This document shows, piece after piece, positions 50,514 through 64,000 of a DNA stretch of 64,000 nt; the first letter of the stretch is position 1; each line of letters starts with the position of its first letter. The position numbers and the translations under genes are program-made. The DNA lies in contig NC_043022.1 in the NCBI RefSeq assembly GCF_006345805.1, forward strand, positions 15,872,001 to 15,936,000, read 5' to 3'. The stretch comes from Octopus sinensis (lineage: Eukaryota). The notes under the pieces were generated by a model. That model worked only from the letters and a program-made list of their open reading frames with translations, was not told where the DNA came from and ran no database searches.

Positions 50514-52340
50514 ATATATATATATATATACTCTTTTTACTTGTTTCAGTCATTTGACTGCGGCCATGCTGGAGCACCGCCTTTAATCGAGCAAATCGAC
50601 TCCGGGACTTATTTTTTTGTCAGCCCAGTACTTATTCTATCGGTCTCTTTTGCCGAACCGCTAAGTAACGGGGACATAAACACACCAATATATACATATT
50701 GATAGAAATGGTGAGACAACAAAAGAATGAAAGGGACCTCGATATTATTGTAAAGAGAGGAATTTATCTGTAAATATAATATGTGACATTATTCGGTGAC
50801 TTTGTTTTAGTTTTCGTCTACCAAACTCACTCATAAAGCTTTGCTCGCCCGGGGACTGTAGCCGAAGATGTCGTGCGAACCCGAAACCACATGATTGCCT
50901 AGCAAACTTCTGAACCACAGTACAATCCTCCTTCCTTTTTTCCCTCCCTCCTATTCCCTAGCAACTCCAACTCCCTCTTTTTCCTCCCCTTCAATCCATC
51001 TATTTATCAATCCTTTTTTTTTTTTATCTCTTTCTCTTTTCCCTCCCTTCAAATACCCTTCCTGTCTCTTTCCCCTCATCCCCTTACCCTTCTCATCAAC
51101 CACTTCAGCACTAGTATCACCTCTTCCTTTCATTTCCTCTCCTTGACTCAACAACTTCTACGGTTTCTCGCCTCTTCCTACTCCTCCTTTTCCCGCTCTC
51201 CCACCATGTGCTATTTACTTCTTTCACCCTTGATTTTTTTTTGAAAATTGTTCTTTTTTACACATTGCTGTTTGTTGACAGTTTTATGTTTATTTATTTT
51301 TACTGTAAATAAATAAATAAATAAATAAATACAAAACGGAGACAACTTTTTTTTTTATATTCTAATATTTCACGAAAAGTTTTGAAAACTTAAATTTGTT
51401 AAAAATTAGTTAATCTTTTTTTATTTTCTCTATTATTTTGCTAAATATTACGTATATTGTAGCCGAAGTTGTCGAATTTATACATAAACAACGACTTCTC
51501 GTGCAAAACAGAAGGGGCCACATGAAAACAACTTCCTACATCTGTCCAGTTCACAAATATATTAGAATTAATTGGCATACCTACACATGTGTGACCCCTA
51601 TACTTTGTTTCCTCATAACTTTTAGAAAAAAGGATATTTTCTCATGAACTCTTCTACAAATACCTTTTAGCTTACTATTATATTGGAATTTATTGCGAAA
51701 ATAATTTCCAGGGGTTGGGGAAAGGAGCTTCCTATAATTCATGAGCCAACTTTGTTTCGGTAAATTTTTACCACAAAATTTACCGTTGTCCCCTCATAAC
51801 TTTAAGAAAAATACGCATTTTTTAGTGAAATTTTCTACAAACACCTTGTAAAAGGTGTAGATTGCGATTATATTACAATTTTGAAAAAAAAAAAAAAATT
51901 TCGGCGGATGAGGAGAGGAGTTTCAGATACGAATCGACTTTGTTTCCTCATAACTTGCCTCATAACTTTCAGAAAAAGGATATTTTTGAATGAAATTCCC
52001 TTCAAATACTTTTCAGACAGTGTAGATTACGATTACATCGGAATTTATGGCGAGGAAAAAAATTACTGGGTGTACCCCTAAACATAGTGACACACGTCAC
52101 CTTTTTATCTACAAAATGAAACTTATGCGGTGTTAGTCAGAATGTTTGAAGGCACGACCACCATTTTATTTTTGATTTTTCTCTTTTCCCATTAAATTCT
52201 GATCTAATCGGAATCTACGCTGTCTGAAAGATATGCCTATCTTTTATCATATTTTTGTTTCAGTCATTGAACAGCCGTTATGCTGGTGTACTGCTTTGAT
52301 CGGTTTAGTCAAAGTCCAGTACTTAGGCGCAGTACATAGG

Positions 52341-52742
52341 CGTAGGAGTGGCTGTGTGGTAAGTAGCTTGTTTACCAACCACATGGTTCTGGGTTCAGTC
52401 CCACTGCGTGGCACCTTAGGCAAGTGTCTTCTACTATAGCCTCGGGCCGACCAAGGGCTTGTGAGTGGATTTGGTAGATGGAAACTGAAAGAAGCCCGTC
52501 GTATATATGTATATATATGTATATATGCGTGTGTGTGTTTGTGTGTCTGTGTTTGTCCCCCTAGCATTGCTTGACAACCGATGCTGGTGTGTTTATGTCC
52601 CCGTTACTTAGCGGTTCGGCAAAAGAGACCGATAGAATAAGTACTGGACTTACAAAAGAATAAGTCCCCGGGTCGAGTTGCTCGATTAAAGGCGGTGCTC
52701 CAGCATGGCCGCAGTCAAATGACTGAAACAAGTAAAAGAGTA
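52341..52742 (+). mobile_element. SINE family A, full length
   Basis: Same head, body and tail; further copies at 53911-54065 and 54585-54935. Confidence 0.85.
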
Positions 52743-52881
52743 CTTAATTGTAAATCTGGTACATATTCTATTGGTTCTCGTTTTGTCAAACCACTAGGTC
52801 CGTCAGATGTAAAGAAACTAACCTGGTTGTCAGGTGACACGAGCACATAGATAGATACTCACACATACCAATATATATATA

Positions 52882-52935
<54 letters not shown>

Positions 52936-53854
52936 CTTTAAACTTTCTCTCCTTGTTTTTTTTCTGTGTCCCTTTCTGTAGAAGAGCGTGGCTCGAAATG
53001 TAAAACACTTTTTCAATTCCTGAGCGTTATACTTAATACATCTGTTTGTTTTCTACACCACCTGTCTTCGTCTTTTGTTTTTTTTCGTGCACTCTCCCTA
53101 TGTATGTATATATATATATGTATATATATACATACATATATATATATAAATATAATATGTGACAATTAGTTGGTTGTCATAATAAAACTCAGAATTTCGG
53201 ATGTCAGGGATGAAGTGTGGGATCTTTTCAGTTTGAACAGCAGTTTTTAACATAATTTCTAGGTAACTAAAAAATTTTAAACTTCGTATACTGGTAGAAT
53301 GTGCTTATAAAACATCTTTTTCTCTTGGGTTTATTGAGAAAATTCTATAGTTTGGAAGATATTTGTTGTTGTTTTTTCTTCAATTTCTGCAATTTCAACC
53401 AATCACTGACGTCTATTGAGGTAAAAAAACATTCTATGCCGTATGAATATGTCCCTCGTTTAGAAACAGATTGGGTTTATTTACATTTGTGAAGAAAAAA
53501 GATACCCTTCCCCCGACCCTAACCCTAAAACAGATTGAAATGCAATAGATCGATTCTAGGGTCATAATTATGGGTGACAATTTCATATGACACCGCTAGA
53601 AAAAACTGTACCAAATCTACTCCTATGGCTTTGGTTAGCCCTGGGGCTATAGCCAAAGACACCTGCTATATATGTATATATATACGTTTTTGTCTTTTGT
53701 TTTCTAGCTCCAAAAGGTTTTTTATTCTCTCAGCGTAGGCTCAAAGCATAAAAGATTTTCTCACCTTCCCGAGTGTTAAACTAATACACCTGTTTGTTGT
53801 TTGCACACCTGTCTTCGTCTTTTGTTTTTCTGTAAATTTCAACTATATATATAT

Positions 53855-53888
<34 letters not shown>

Positions 53889-54206
53889 TATAATATATAT
53901 ATATATATATAGGCGTGACTGTGTGGTAAGAAGCTTGCTTCCCAACCAAATGGTTCTCGATTCAGTCTCATTGTGTGGCACCTGGAGCAGGTATTCTCTA
54001 CCATAGACTTGGGCTAACCAAAACCTTGTGAGTGGATTTGGTAGCTGGAAACGGAAAGAGGCTTGTTGTATATGTATTCAAATATATATATTGGCCTGCT
54101 CGCTTAGCCAGCGGGGTGGCGTCATTTGAAGGCTAAAACAATGCGAAGCGCATTGTGACCAGCGATGTGTAGCAACATCTGATAGCCTGGTAGATCACAG
54201 TGATAT

Positions 54207-54238
<32 letters not shown>

Positions 54239-54241
54239 ATA

Positions 54242-54331
<90 letters not shown>

Positions 54332-55503
54332 TATAGTTGGAATTTATAAAAAAAACAAAAGACGAAGACATATATATATATGTGAATGTGTCTTCGTCTG
54401 TTGACAACCGGTGTTGGTGTGTTTACGTCTCTATAACCTTGCGGTTTGGCAATAAACCGATAGAATAGGTACCATTCTTGAAAAAAAATCTAAGTTTTGG
54501 GGGTGGATTCATTCAACTTAGATTCTAAGGTGGTGCTCCAGCATGGCCGCAGTCTAATGACTGAAACAAGATAAAATATATATAGGCGCAAGCCTGACTG
54601 TGTGGTAAAAAGCTTGCTTCGCAGCCACATGGTTCTAGGTTCAGTCCCACAGAGTTGCACCTTGGGCAGGTGACTTATACTATAGCCTCAGGCCGATCGA
54701 AGCCTTGTGAGTGGATTTGGTAGACGGAAACCGAAAGAAACCCTCATATATGTGTGTGTATGTGTTTGCCCCACCCATCACTTGATAACAGACGTTGATG
54801 TGTTTACGTCCAAGCAACTTAGCAGTTCGGCAAAAAGAAACCGATAGAATAAGTATTAAGTTTACAAAGAATAAGTCCTGGGGTCGATTTGTTCGGCTAT
54901 AGGCGGTGCTCTAGCATGGCCGCAGTCAAATAAAAGAATATATCTATTTAGAATTTGTACATATATGTTTTTGTTGTTTCACATTGCATTTAGCTGTCTA
55001 ACGGTCCGTATATTTTAATTAAGTCCAATCGTCAGGTATTGAGTGCTACAATTACATTACATTCCTATATGAATAAGGTATACAATTATATGGTGCAATG
55101 TATATATACTGAGACATTATCTAGGACAACAGTATGGAATGTGTCCTCCTTTCAGCTATTGAATCCTGCATGAATATTAACATTCCAATATGAATAAGGT
55201 ATATACACTGCAAATATATATATATATATATATAATATATATATACCTTACGTGTATATATTACCAATATATACGTATTTATTATTATTTTGCAATCTAC
55301 TTAATCATAGGTATATCATTATTTTAATTTAATATTTCTATTATATGTCATTTTCTAGATGGTGTAAATTTAATTGTTCATTTTAAATTGATAAAAGGTG
55401 TTTTTTTCTAATTTTTAAAAATATATATTTGAGATATAGGCCATCTTCGAATATGTCCTTCCTTTATATAGGATTGCAGTGTGTGATATTGTAAAAAAAA
55501 ATT

Positions 55504-55636
55504 TGGCTGCTACCTTTAGCAGGTCAAACGACCACTTCCCATTTGGTCTACGCATATATATATATATATATATATATGCTTAGGCCAACAAAATCAAATG
55601 GGAAGTGGTCGTTTGACCTGCTAAAGGTAGCAGCCA
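55504..55636. repeat. Perfect 42-bp inverted repeat around a (TA)n spacer
   Basis: 55504-55545 is the exact reverse complement of 55595-55636. Confidence 0.95.
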
Positions 55637-57489
55637 TATATATTCATATACAGCACATATATAGATATATATGTGTGTGTGAGTATATAGATGCACACGT
55701 GTAGATTCATATATATATATATGTGTGTATATTTAGCAAGTCTACGCGCGGAACTCCCTCCAGTAGTCGATGTCATGTAAGTACTTGCTCTGTGTCTGTG
55801 TGTCTTACATGAAGTCTCAACTGAAGCAAGCTTTTCTTTTTCCTATCTCATGTATATGCATACGCACCATATATATATCATATATATAAATATATATATA
55901 TTCATATATGTATATGTGTGTGTATAAGCATATATATATATTTATTTTATTTTATTTTTATTCATTATTCGATTTTCCTCCTAATTGCCTATACTCCTCC
56001 TACTCCTGCACTATTTTATATCTCCTCCCTTTCGAATCTTTTTTAACTCGTTTCTTTTTTCCCCTCCTCCTCCTCCGCTTCCTCTGTCAGCATTTACTCC
56101 TGCTCCCCCTGCTCCTCCTCCACCTCCTCCTGTTCCTCTTCTTCATGTTTGCACCCACCTCGCTTCATCACCGTTCCCCCCTCTCTCTCTCTGGTTGGTT
56201 ACTCCTTATTTACTCTTGGCGTTGCTAGCCCAGCACCGTTTTATTTATATTTTTCATTCTTTGTTTTTTTTTTCCTTCTTCTTAACTTCCCATTTCCCCC
56301 TCTCTCTCTTATTCCTCGTTACCTCCTCCACTTCCTCCTCCTCCTCTACTCCCTTCAGCTGTACTCACCACTTTCCTTAACGCTCTCCTCTCACAATACT
56401 CTATCCTCCCTCCATCCCTCCACCTCAGTCTCTCTACTCCCGTTACTCGCGTTCAGCTCGAGCTCTCAGCCTCAGCCTTATTTCCTTTTCTTCCTCTCCC
56501 GTGGTTTTTTCGCCTCGTTTCTTACTCCCCGTCCTCCCTCTCTCTATTTCTCTACCCTCTCTCCTCTCTCTATTTCCCCCACTCACTCTTTCTCTATATC
56601 CCTCTCCGTTTCTCACTCTCTGTGACTTCACCGACTTTATTCTGACCTCTTCCTTCACATTCTCCATATTCACAGTCGTGCTCAATGCATTGTACACTTC
56701 ACTCACACGTGGCACTCCCCGTATATATATATACACACACTAATATCTATATATATATATATATAAAGACATATAAGTATGTATTTACCTATGTATATAT
56801 ATATATAATGTGGAGGTGGAGAGAGAAACTTGTCTTTAGTAGGACGTCTGAGGAAATAAAGGCCAAAAAAATAAAATAATAAAAAAAGGGAGAGGGGGAG
56901 GTATACTCGTATAGGTGGGGGGAGGGTTTAACTTCCGCGAGTTTTAATTTTTTTTCGAGGGTATTTCCTCCCCCTCTTGCTATACTCTTTTTCTTCCTTC
57001 CCTCCTGCCATTCCTCCCCCCCCTTAGTATTTTTCCTCCTCCTCCTCCTCCCCTTCTTCCTGCTACTACGACCGCGCGAAACTCCTTCTCCTCCTCCTCC
57101 CGTAGTGTTGTTATTGTTGTTAATGATGATAATGTTGATGGTGGTGGTGCTGATGATGTTGATGATGATGATGATGATGATGATGTGATGTGAGTTCTGC
57201 CTTTTCCAGTCCGTCGTACCGTACAAAGTGTTTGGGAGCCGAAGGAGTGGTTTTTTTTTTTATTTGGGATTTTATATATTTGAGGTGTGTACATGGTTTT
57301 TTTTTTTTTTGTTGTTGTTTGTTGTTGTTGTTGTTATGTTATAATTATTTTATTATTTCCTTTTAAAAAAAAAACAAACAAACAAAAAAACAAAACAAAA
57401 GGGGAAAACAACAAAAACACTGGTTCGAATCGTGGCAGTTCTGCAGCACCACCAACGTGCACCTCTATGCCTGTCTTTCTCTCTGTACT

Positions 57490-58790
57490 TAAACCACACA
57501 CACACACACACACAAACGCACACATTCTCTCTCTCACACACACACACAAACGCACACATTCTCTCTCTCACACACACACACACACACACGCACACATTCT
57601 CTCTCTCTCTCACACACACACATTCTCTCTCACACACACACACACAACGCACACATTCTCTCTCTCTCACACACACATACACACACACACGCACACATTC
57701 TCTCTCTTCTCACACACACACACACATAAACGCACACATTCTCTCTCACACACACACACGGTACTCCTTTACATTATTTGCACAATAAGATTTTTTTTTT
57801 TAATTACACGAGGTCATACGTGGGAGTTTCTCATCTGCTAGAAATAACAACCAAATCTCTTCCCCCCCCACCCGTCCACATATACACCACGTCCTAGCCC
57901 AGTCCTCCAGCGGCTTGCGGGGCCGGGCCGGGGCCGTGCCGTGCCGTGCCACATGCGGCCCGCGTGACTCTCTGGATGGCACGACCGCCTAACGAAAAAA
58001 AACTATGTTGAATATTTGTTTTTTTAAGTAGTGCGGCCCGAATTGATGTCGAAGTCCCCTCGTTTCATGCGGCCCGTTTCTATGAAGAGGCCGCCTGGCC
58101 AAGCGTCTTGGAAGAAAATGAAAAAAAAAAAAAAAAAAGGCAAACATTGTAGTTTAGTGGCTTCAAGGGGAAAAAAATACGAAAAAGAAAGCATCGATGT
58201 GATGGTCACGGCTGGAATCCGTTTGGTTATTTGCTTCTAGGTCATCTGGGTCGTTGCTGAATTATGAAGCAGGGCAACAATAGAAACGATGGCAACTTCA
58301 CTCCAACCACCACCACCTCTGTGCATATATATATCTCTACATGTTAGACAAGAACCACATGTAAACACATGCACGGGAGCGCACACACATGTGGGAGAAT
58401 GAATGTGTAATGTGGATAGCTTCATGTAGTAAAAGAGTTGTTGGTGTTTTGACTAACACACAGACACACACACTCGTGTTTTAAATAACATATTTAAACA
58501 TGATGCACACACACACACACACACCTGCACTCTCTCCACCCCATCTATACACACATCCACAAATACATTTAAACCCCCTCTGTGTATATATACATACACA
58601 TATATATATGTGTGTGTATACATACACTACACACACACATATATATATGTATGTGTGTGTATATACATACACACACACACACATATATGTTTGTGTGTAT
58701 ATACATACACACACACACACACACATATATGTGTGTGTGTATATACATACACACACACACATATGTGTGTGTGTATATATACATACACTT

Positions 58791-58822
<32 letters not shown>

Positions 58823-59384
58823 GGTACCGCACTCTCTCTCTCTCTATATATATATATAGATACCCCTTTCTTTCATACACATAATCTCATGTACTCACGC
58901 ATACCCAAATTCATGTTTAAACACGGGTGTACCCGTATATGCACCCGCACTCTCTCCTTCGGTGCATCCACTCTGTCGTTTCTACACACACACACTTTAT
59001 TATACGGTTATCATACACACGTAAATGCATTCATACATGTACACCCATTTATGCATAGTATACAAGCGCGCACACACACTTCTTTCATTCATGCAAACAT
59101 GTAGGGAAAGTCTGGCACACACACACATACATATATATATACAACACACACACATACATATTTATATATATATACAACACACACACACATATATATATAT
59201 ATATACAACAACACACACACATATATATATATACAACACACACACATATATATATACAACACACACATATATATATATACAACACACACACATATATATA
59301 GACAAGACACATACACATATATCTGTGTGGCACTAATTACACACACACACATATCTTCATGCACTCACCCCAGTCAGCCATACA

Positions 59385-59421
<37 letters not shown>

Positions 59422-59559
59422 TATATAATTGAATGCACTGCTTGTCGGCGATGCTAGACTTGATGGGTTTTTTTCAATACAACTGATGCACTTCAGCTCT
59501 GGGTCACACACACACACACATATATATATATACACATACATACATATATATATATACAC

Positions 59560-59590
<31 letters not shown>

Positions 59591-59800
59591 CATATATATA
59601 TAATCTATGGAGGTAACACCTGAAGCAAAAGCCAAGTACACTGCAAATACTTGGACTAATATATATATATTTATATATGCATTCTTTCGTATATATATAT
59701 ATACATATACACACACACACACATGCGTATACACGTACAGATATATATGGTGTCACATAGTATATATATACCCACATTTCCTGAAGAATTTACATTTAAA
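57490..59800. repeat. (CA)/(CT)/(TA) micro- and minisatellite field with a hAT-like GCGGCCCG remnant at ~57900-58100
   Basis: Direct reading. Confidence 0.8.
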
Positions 59801-60518
59801 TTTATTTATTATTTAACTTGATTTTCTCTTGCTTTCTCTCTGCTCCAAGCGCAGGGTACACCTCTATCCACCCGGCTCTCTACATCCATCTATCTAACAA
59901 TATATATATATTATATATATATATATACACACGCACTGTAGAAAGAGGTGGTGGTGAAAGTGAGAGGAGGGTACCAAGAGTAACTGGTGTATATATAAAG
60001 AACCGTGCTATTTTTACTTAGCTATACCGGTTTCTACACACTCTGAAAGTACTAATAATATCTCCTACACCTTACTAGACCTGTTATGGTGTTTATACAC
60101 ACACACACACACACATGGGTGTGTGTTGTGAGTATTTGATTACTCATTAACCACTGGTAACTTTAAAAGTACTTCGTGTATGTGGCTGTGTATATAATGT
60201 GCACTGGATGGCTGGGTACCCCGCATAGTTGATCAATTTGCTACCAAAAGCAGTGCCCAACACTGTTTTCGGGTTGAGAAAAAAAAAAGGACCTTGCAAT
60301 GGATCATATATGATCGATCCGCGTTGCCATTAAATCCCATCCTAACTCCCTAATCCCGAACTGTATTTCCCCTGGATGGTTTTTTTCTCAGGTGGGTCCT
60401 GTACTTGATCAGAGCTAAACCGGGATCTAAGCTACCCGATAACAAAAGCACGGGATCGCTAAACCTGTTAGAAAACAGCCTTCAAACAACACCCTACTGT
60501 CTTTCAATACATGTGGTG

Positions 60519-60666
60519 AGGTCGACTTTGCCTTTCATCCTTTCGGGGTCGATAAATTAAGTACCAGTTACGAACTGGGGTCGATGTAATCGACTTAATA
60601 CCTGTGTCTGTCCTTGTTTGTTCCCTCTGTATTTAGCCCCTTGTAGGTAATAAAGAAATAGGTATT
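60519..60666 (+). mobile_element. SINE family B, headless
   Basis: Central block through AAAGAAATAGGTATT. Confidence 0.85.
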
Positions 60667-63155
60667 AGAGGAACGAAGGGACTCGGGGTCTCCTTAATCC
60701 CAGTTAGGAGCCCCGACCGCGAAAACTGCCACAGCCCGACCCTTTTCAGGCTCTTTTTATACTCCTCTGCTCGTGATCCTACAATAATTCATGCGGTTCC
60801 CTGCTTTCTCCTTCCCCTCATTAACTGATTTAAATTTAATTTAATTAATTATTTAATTCAAAATGATATTTCTCCTCGCCTTCCCTCGTCTCACACACCT
60901 TTTGAATGCTTCGAAATATTTCAAGCTTCCCCTTCACAGTCTCTGGACCAAAAAAATTGATGATTAACATTCTTTGTAGGACAAGCTGTGTGTGTTATCG
61001 AGGGCAGATAGTGTTCCAAATATATTACTGGTACTTCTACATGTGTCAGAAAATAGTTGGACCCCAGGGTGGGATTTAAAGAGCTAAGAGAGGACACATG
61101 CAACATTATACATACATAATATTTAATGGTCTTAGAATTGGTGCGCCTCTTGGTTATGTCGGTCATATAGATTTATTTATAACATAATAATGGCTTTATT
61201 AGTCACAGAGTTAACTCAGACAAACATTAGTATAGTATAGTACTATTGTGTGTGTATCTAGTCACACATGTTAGTCACTGGAATGTATATGTTCAATAGA
61301 GAGATATATAAATTTACGAAAATATTATTCTCTTGTAATGATGATTTCGGTAGAATTGCGAAAAAAGGATATTAAGTGCTTATTGAAGGCTTGCAATATA
61401 TTATTTGGAAGTGTCTGGGTGTTGTGATGAGGATAATAATTATAAATAAGGGTGGTGGGTAGATATGGAAGTGCAATTATAATTGTGTGAGGGGGGTAAG
61501 TGCGTCCGCAAGGGTGTTATATATATATATACATACATACAGACGTGACATATATTTATATATAAACACGACATACATACGCACACGTGCATATAACATT
61601 AATATTGTGTATTTGATATCTCATTAGCACTTATTGTTTTCAGTATTATTATTATTATTACTATGAGGGGTGTTGGTGTTTTATCCCAGGTCAATACTGA
61701 TGAGGTGGACCCTATCACAGTGAAATCCATCCATTCTGTCGTTCTACCCCTAAAACAACATCCACCCAGTCCTTCTTTTTTTTCTAAGGTGATACTGAAA
61801 TTAAAAGCCGGTTTAGTTGCTATATTTAGCATATCGTGGCACCACATAGGGACACCCTCGTTGTCTCTTGCATTCATTCAATTAGGAGCATTTTTTCCCT
61901 AATAATTCAACTTTTGACAATTTCTTTGTCAAGAATATTTTGTGTGGTCTGGGACTTATTATCTATTTCTTGTTCTAAGTTAACAAAACCATCTTTATCA
62001 TCATCTTACACCTCTTCTGCCTCCTCGTCATAGTTGTACTCTTTGTTCTGTAATGAGTTCATCCACCCTCAGATACGACCCGGTCCCCCCTGTAACCTCG
62101 TCCAATTTTTGCTTCGGTTTCAAAGAAAAAAACAAGCAAAAACGCTATTCATTCTTTAAAAAATTCAATTTTTTTTTAGAAAATCAATTATTATAAATGC
62201 TAATTATTGTTTTCAGGAAAGTGATCAACATCACTACATCCTACTTTTGTGTAAAAATCTTTTGACACCCACCAAAATAACCATTTGTTGGACTGCGTGT
62301 GTGTGTGTGTGTATTGAAACTTCTAAATTGCTTATTTTTATTCGCTTTTAAAAATAAAATAATTCAAGGATTTAGAATATTTTGTGTGTAAGAAAGAGGC
62401 AAATAGGGTTTTTTTTTTGTTAATATCTAACGCGCTCCAGCATGGCCGCGGAAAAATGACTGAAGCCGGTGAAGGAATAAAAAATACCTGAAATTTAAAC
62501 TTCAACCTATATTAATATATATATATATATAATTATATTTCTATTCATATATATACATGTGTGTGTGTGTGTCTGATAATGGGGAGAAAGAGTACTCAAT
62601 ACGCTGGTGTAGAGTTACAGAGCTGATGATTCATTCCTTCAGTAGAACTGATTGTTGTGTTTTATTTCCATTTTCCTTTGTATTTGTTCATTCGGGCGGC
62701 GCTCGGCAAAATAAATCGACATAGAAACTACCAGGCTTTAAAAGAAAGAAAAAAATAAAATAAGCCCTGGGGGTCGTCGATTCGTTCGACTAAAAAATTC
62801 CCTAGGACGGTGCTCCAGCATGGCGCAGTCAAATGATTGAAACAAGTAAAAGATAGAAAGATAAATGCATATACATTCACACACACACACACACACATAT
62901 ATATTTATATTTATATACACACATCTTTTATATTTTAGTTGTTTGTCAATCATTGGACTGCGGCCATGCTGGGGCATCCACCTTGAAGGTGTTTAATGAA
63001 ACAAATTGACTCCATCACGTAAACACCTTCATACTATATACACACATCTATGTATATATATCTCTCTTTCTCCATATATCTATCTATCTATATATATATA
63101 TGTATATAAATATATACATGTGTGTACGTGTATCTAATATATATATATATATTAT

Positions 63156-63202
<47 letters not shown>

Positions 63203-64000
63203 CTATGAAGAATTATTAGAGAACTGGCCGACCGAAAAGTAGTCTGGTGTCGTCGTTAGCACAATAAAAAAAAAAAGACAAATCCACCAGTCTGCCGTTT
63301 AATAAAGCCCGGAAATTCCATACTTAAATAATTCACATTATTTTTTACTCTTCTTTTTATTTCCCAAAATAAAAATCAATCCTTCCTCCCTCCTTCCTTC
63401 TCTCTATCTTCGTCTTTAATGGAAAGCCTACATGTCGAGATGTACGTCGTCTGTATTTTCATTCTTTCCTTCTCTCCTGCTACTTGTGGTTATTTATTAT
63501 CATTATTATTACTACATTACTTCTCCTCTTCGCTCTTTCTCTCAATCTCCTCCAAAATGTCCCTCTTGTACTCAGTGAATTCCTGGCCTATTTTCCCTCC
63601 TCTCTCTTCCTCCATTTTTTCTCTCCTTCCTTCCTTCCTTCCTTCTCTGCGTCTCCTCCCGCTCCATCTCTACTCCTTCCTCCTCCTCCTCCTCCTTCTC
63701 TCTATCTCTTCCTCCATTATCCTCCATGTTTAACATTCATCGTTAAACTAAGTTCACCGATATTTTCATATCAACAAATATGTACTTTTAAAACTTATTT
63801 TCCCCCCACAGTAAAATATAGTTTCTTTCGCTTGATTTTCCTTTGGTGTTGCAGCAGTTTTTTTTTATCACCAGGTTCACGGGATATTGTGTGTGTGTAT
63901 GTATATATATATGTATGTGTGTGTGTGTATCTATATGTGTAAACAAAATGTCTGTACATGTATGTATATATGTGTATAAATATATATATATATATATAAT

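Noticed and set aside
51600-52070. Three degenerate CCTCATAACTTT...GTGTAGATT units
   Set aside because: Probably subterminal repeats of an old DNA transposon; no termini could be defined.
55908-57841. Pro/Leu/Ser-rich and His/Thr-rich ORFs
   Set aside because: Polypyrimidine and (CA)/(CT) low-complexity sequence without coding signature.
60392-60515. Candidate exon between TTTTTTCTCAG and GTGAGG
   Set aside because: The donor is created by the SINE junction and the peptide is unrecognisable.

Overview
AT-rich, repeat-dense animal genomic DNA. The SINE, RTE-tail, mariner and microsatellite content points to an octopus (inference from repeat families). Two probable host genes lie head-to-head in the first 17 kb. 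(1) An intronless minus-strand gene (805-1980) with a correctly spaced TATA box and initiator; its product is a perfect-phase array of 7-aa repeats (xE[LVF]KPSE) fused to a ~100-aa domain with a ParB/sulfiredoxin-like motif pattern (PSEIRFSQ...SLDNRRLW...KFTTTNGG). This is the most unusual element in the window. (2) A plus-strand zinc-finger gene with two coding exons (6538-8116, 15805-17014; ~929 aa) that needs one extra A at 7756-7760 to read through. The rest is several tRNA-derived SINE families, CR1-like and RTE LINE fragments, decayed piggyBac, Tc1/mariner and hAT-like DNA transposons, MITEs, a hierarchical hairpin satellite (32.7-34.5 kb), long microsatellites and a 100-N gap (24066-24165). 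No rRNA, real tRNA gene or CRISPR array is supported. All family assignments are by eye and recollection; no database search was run.
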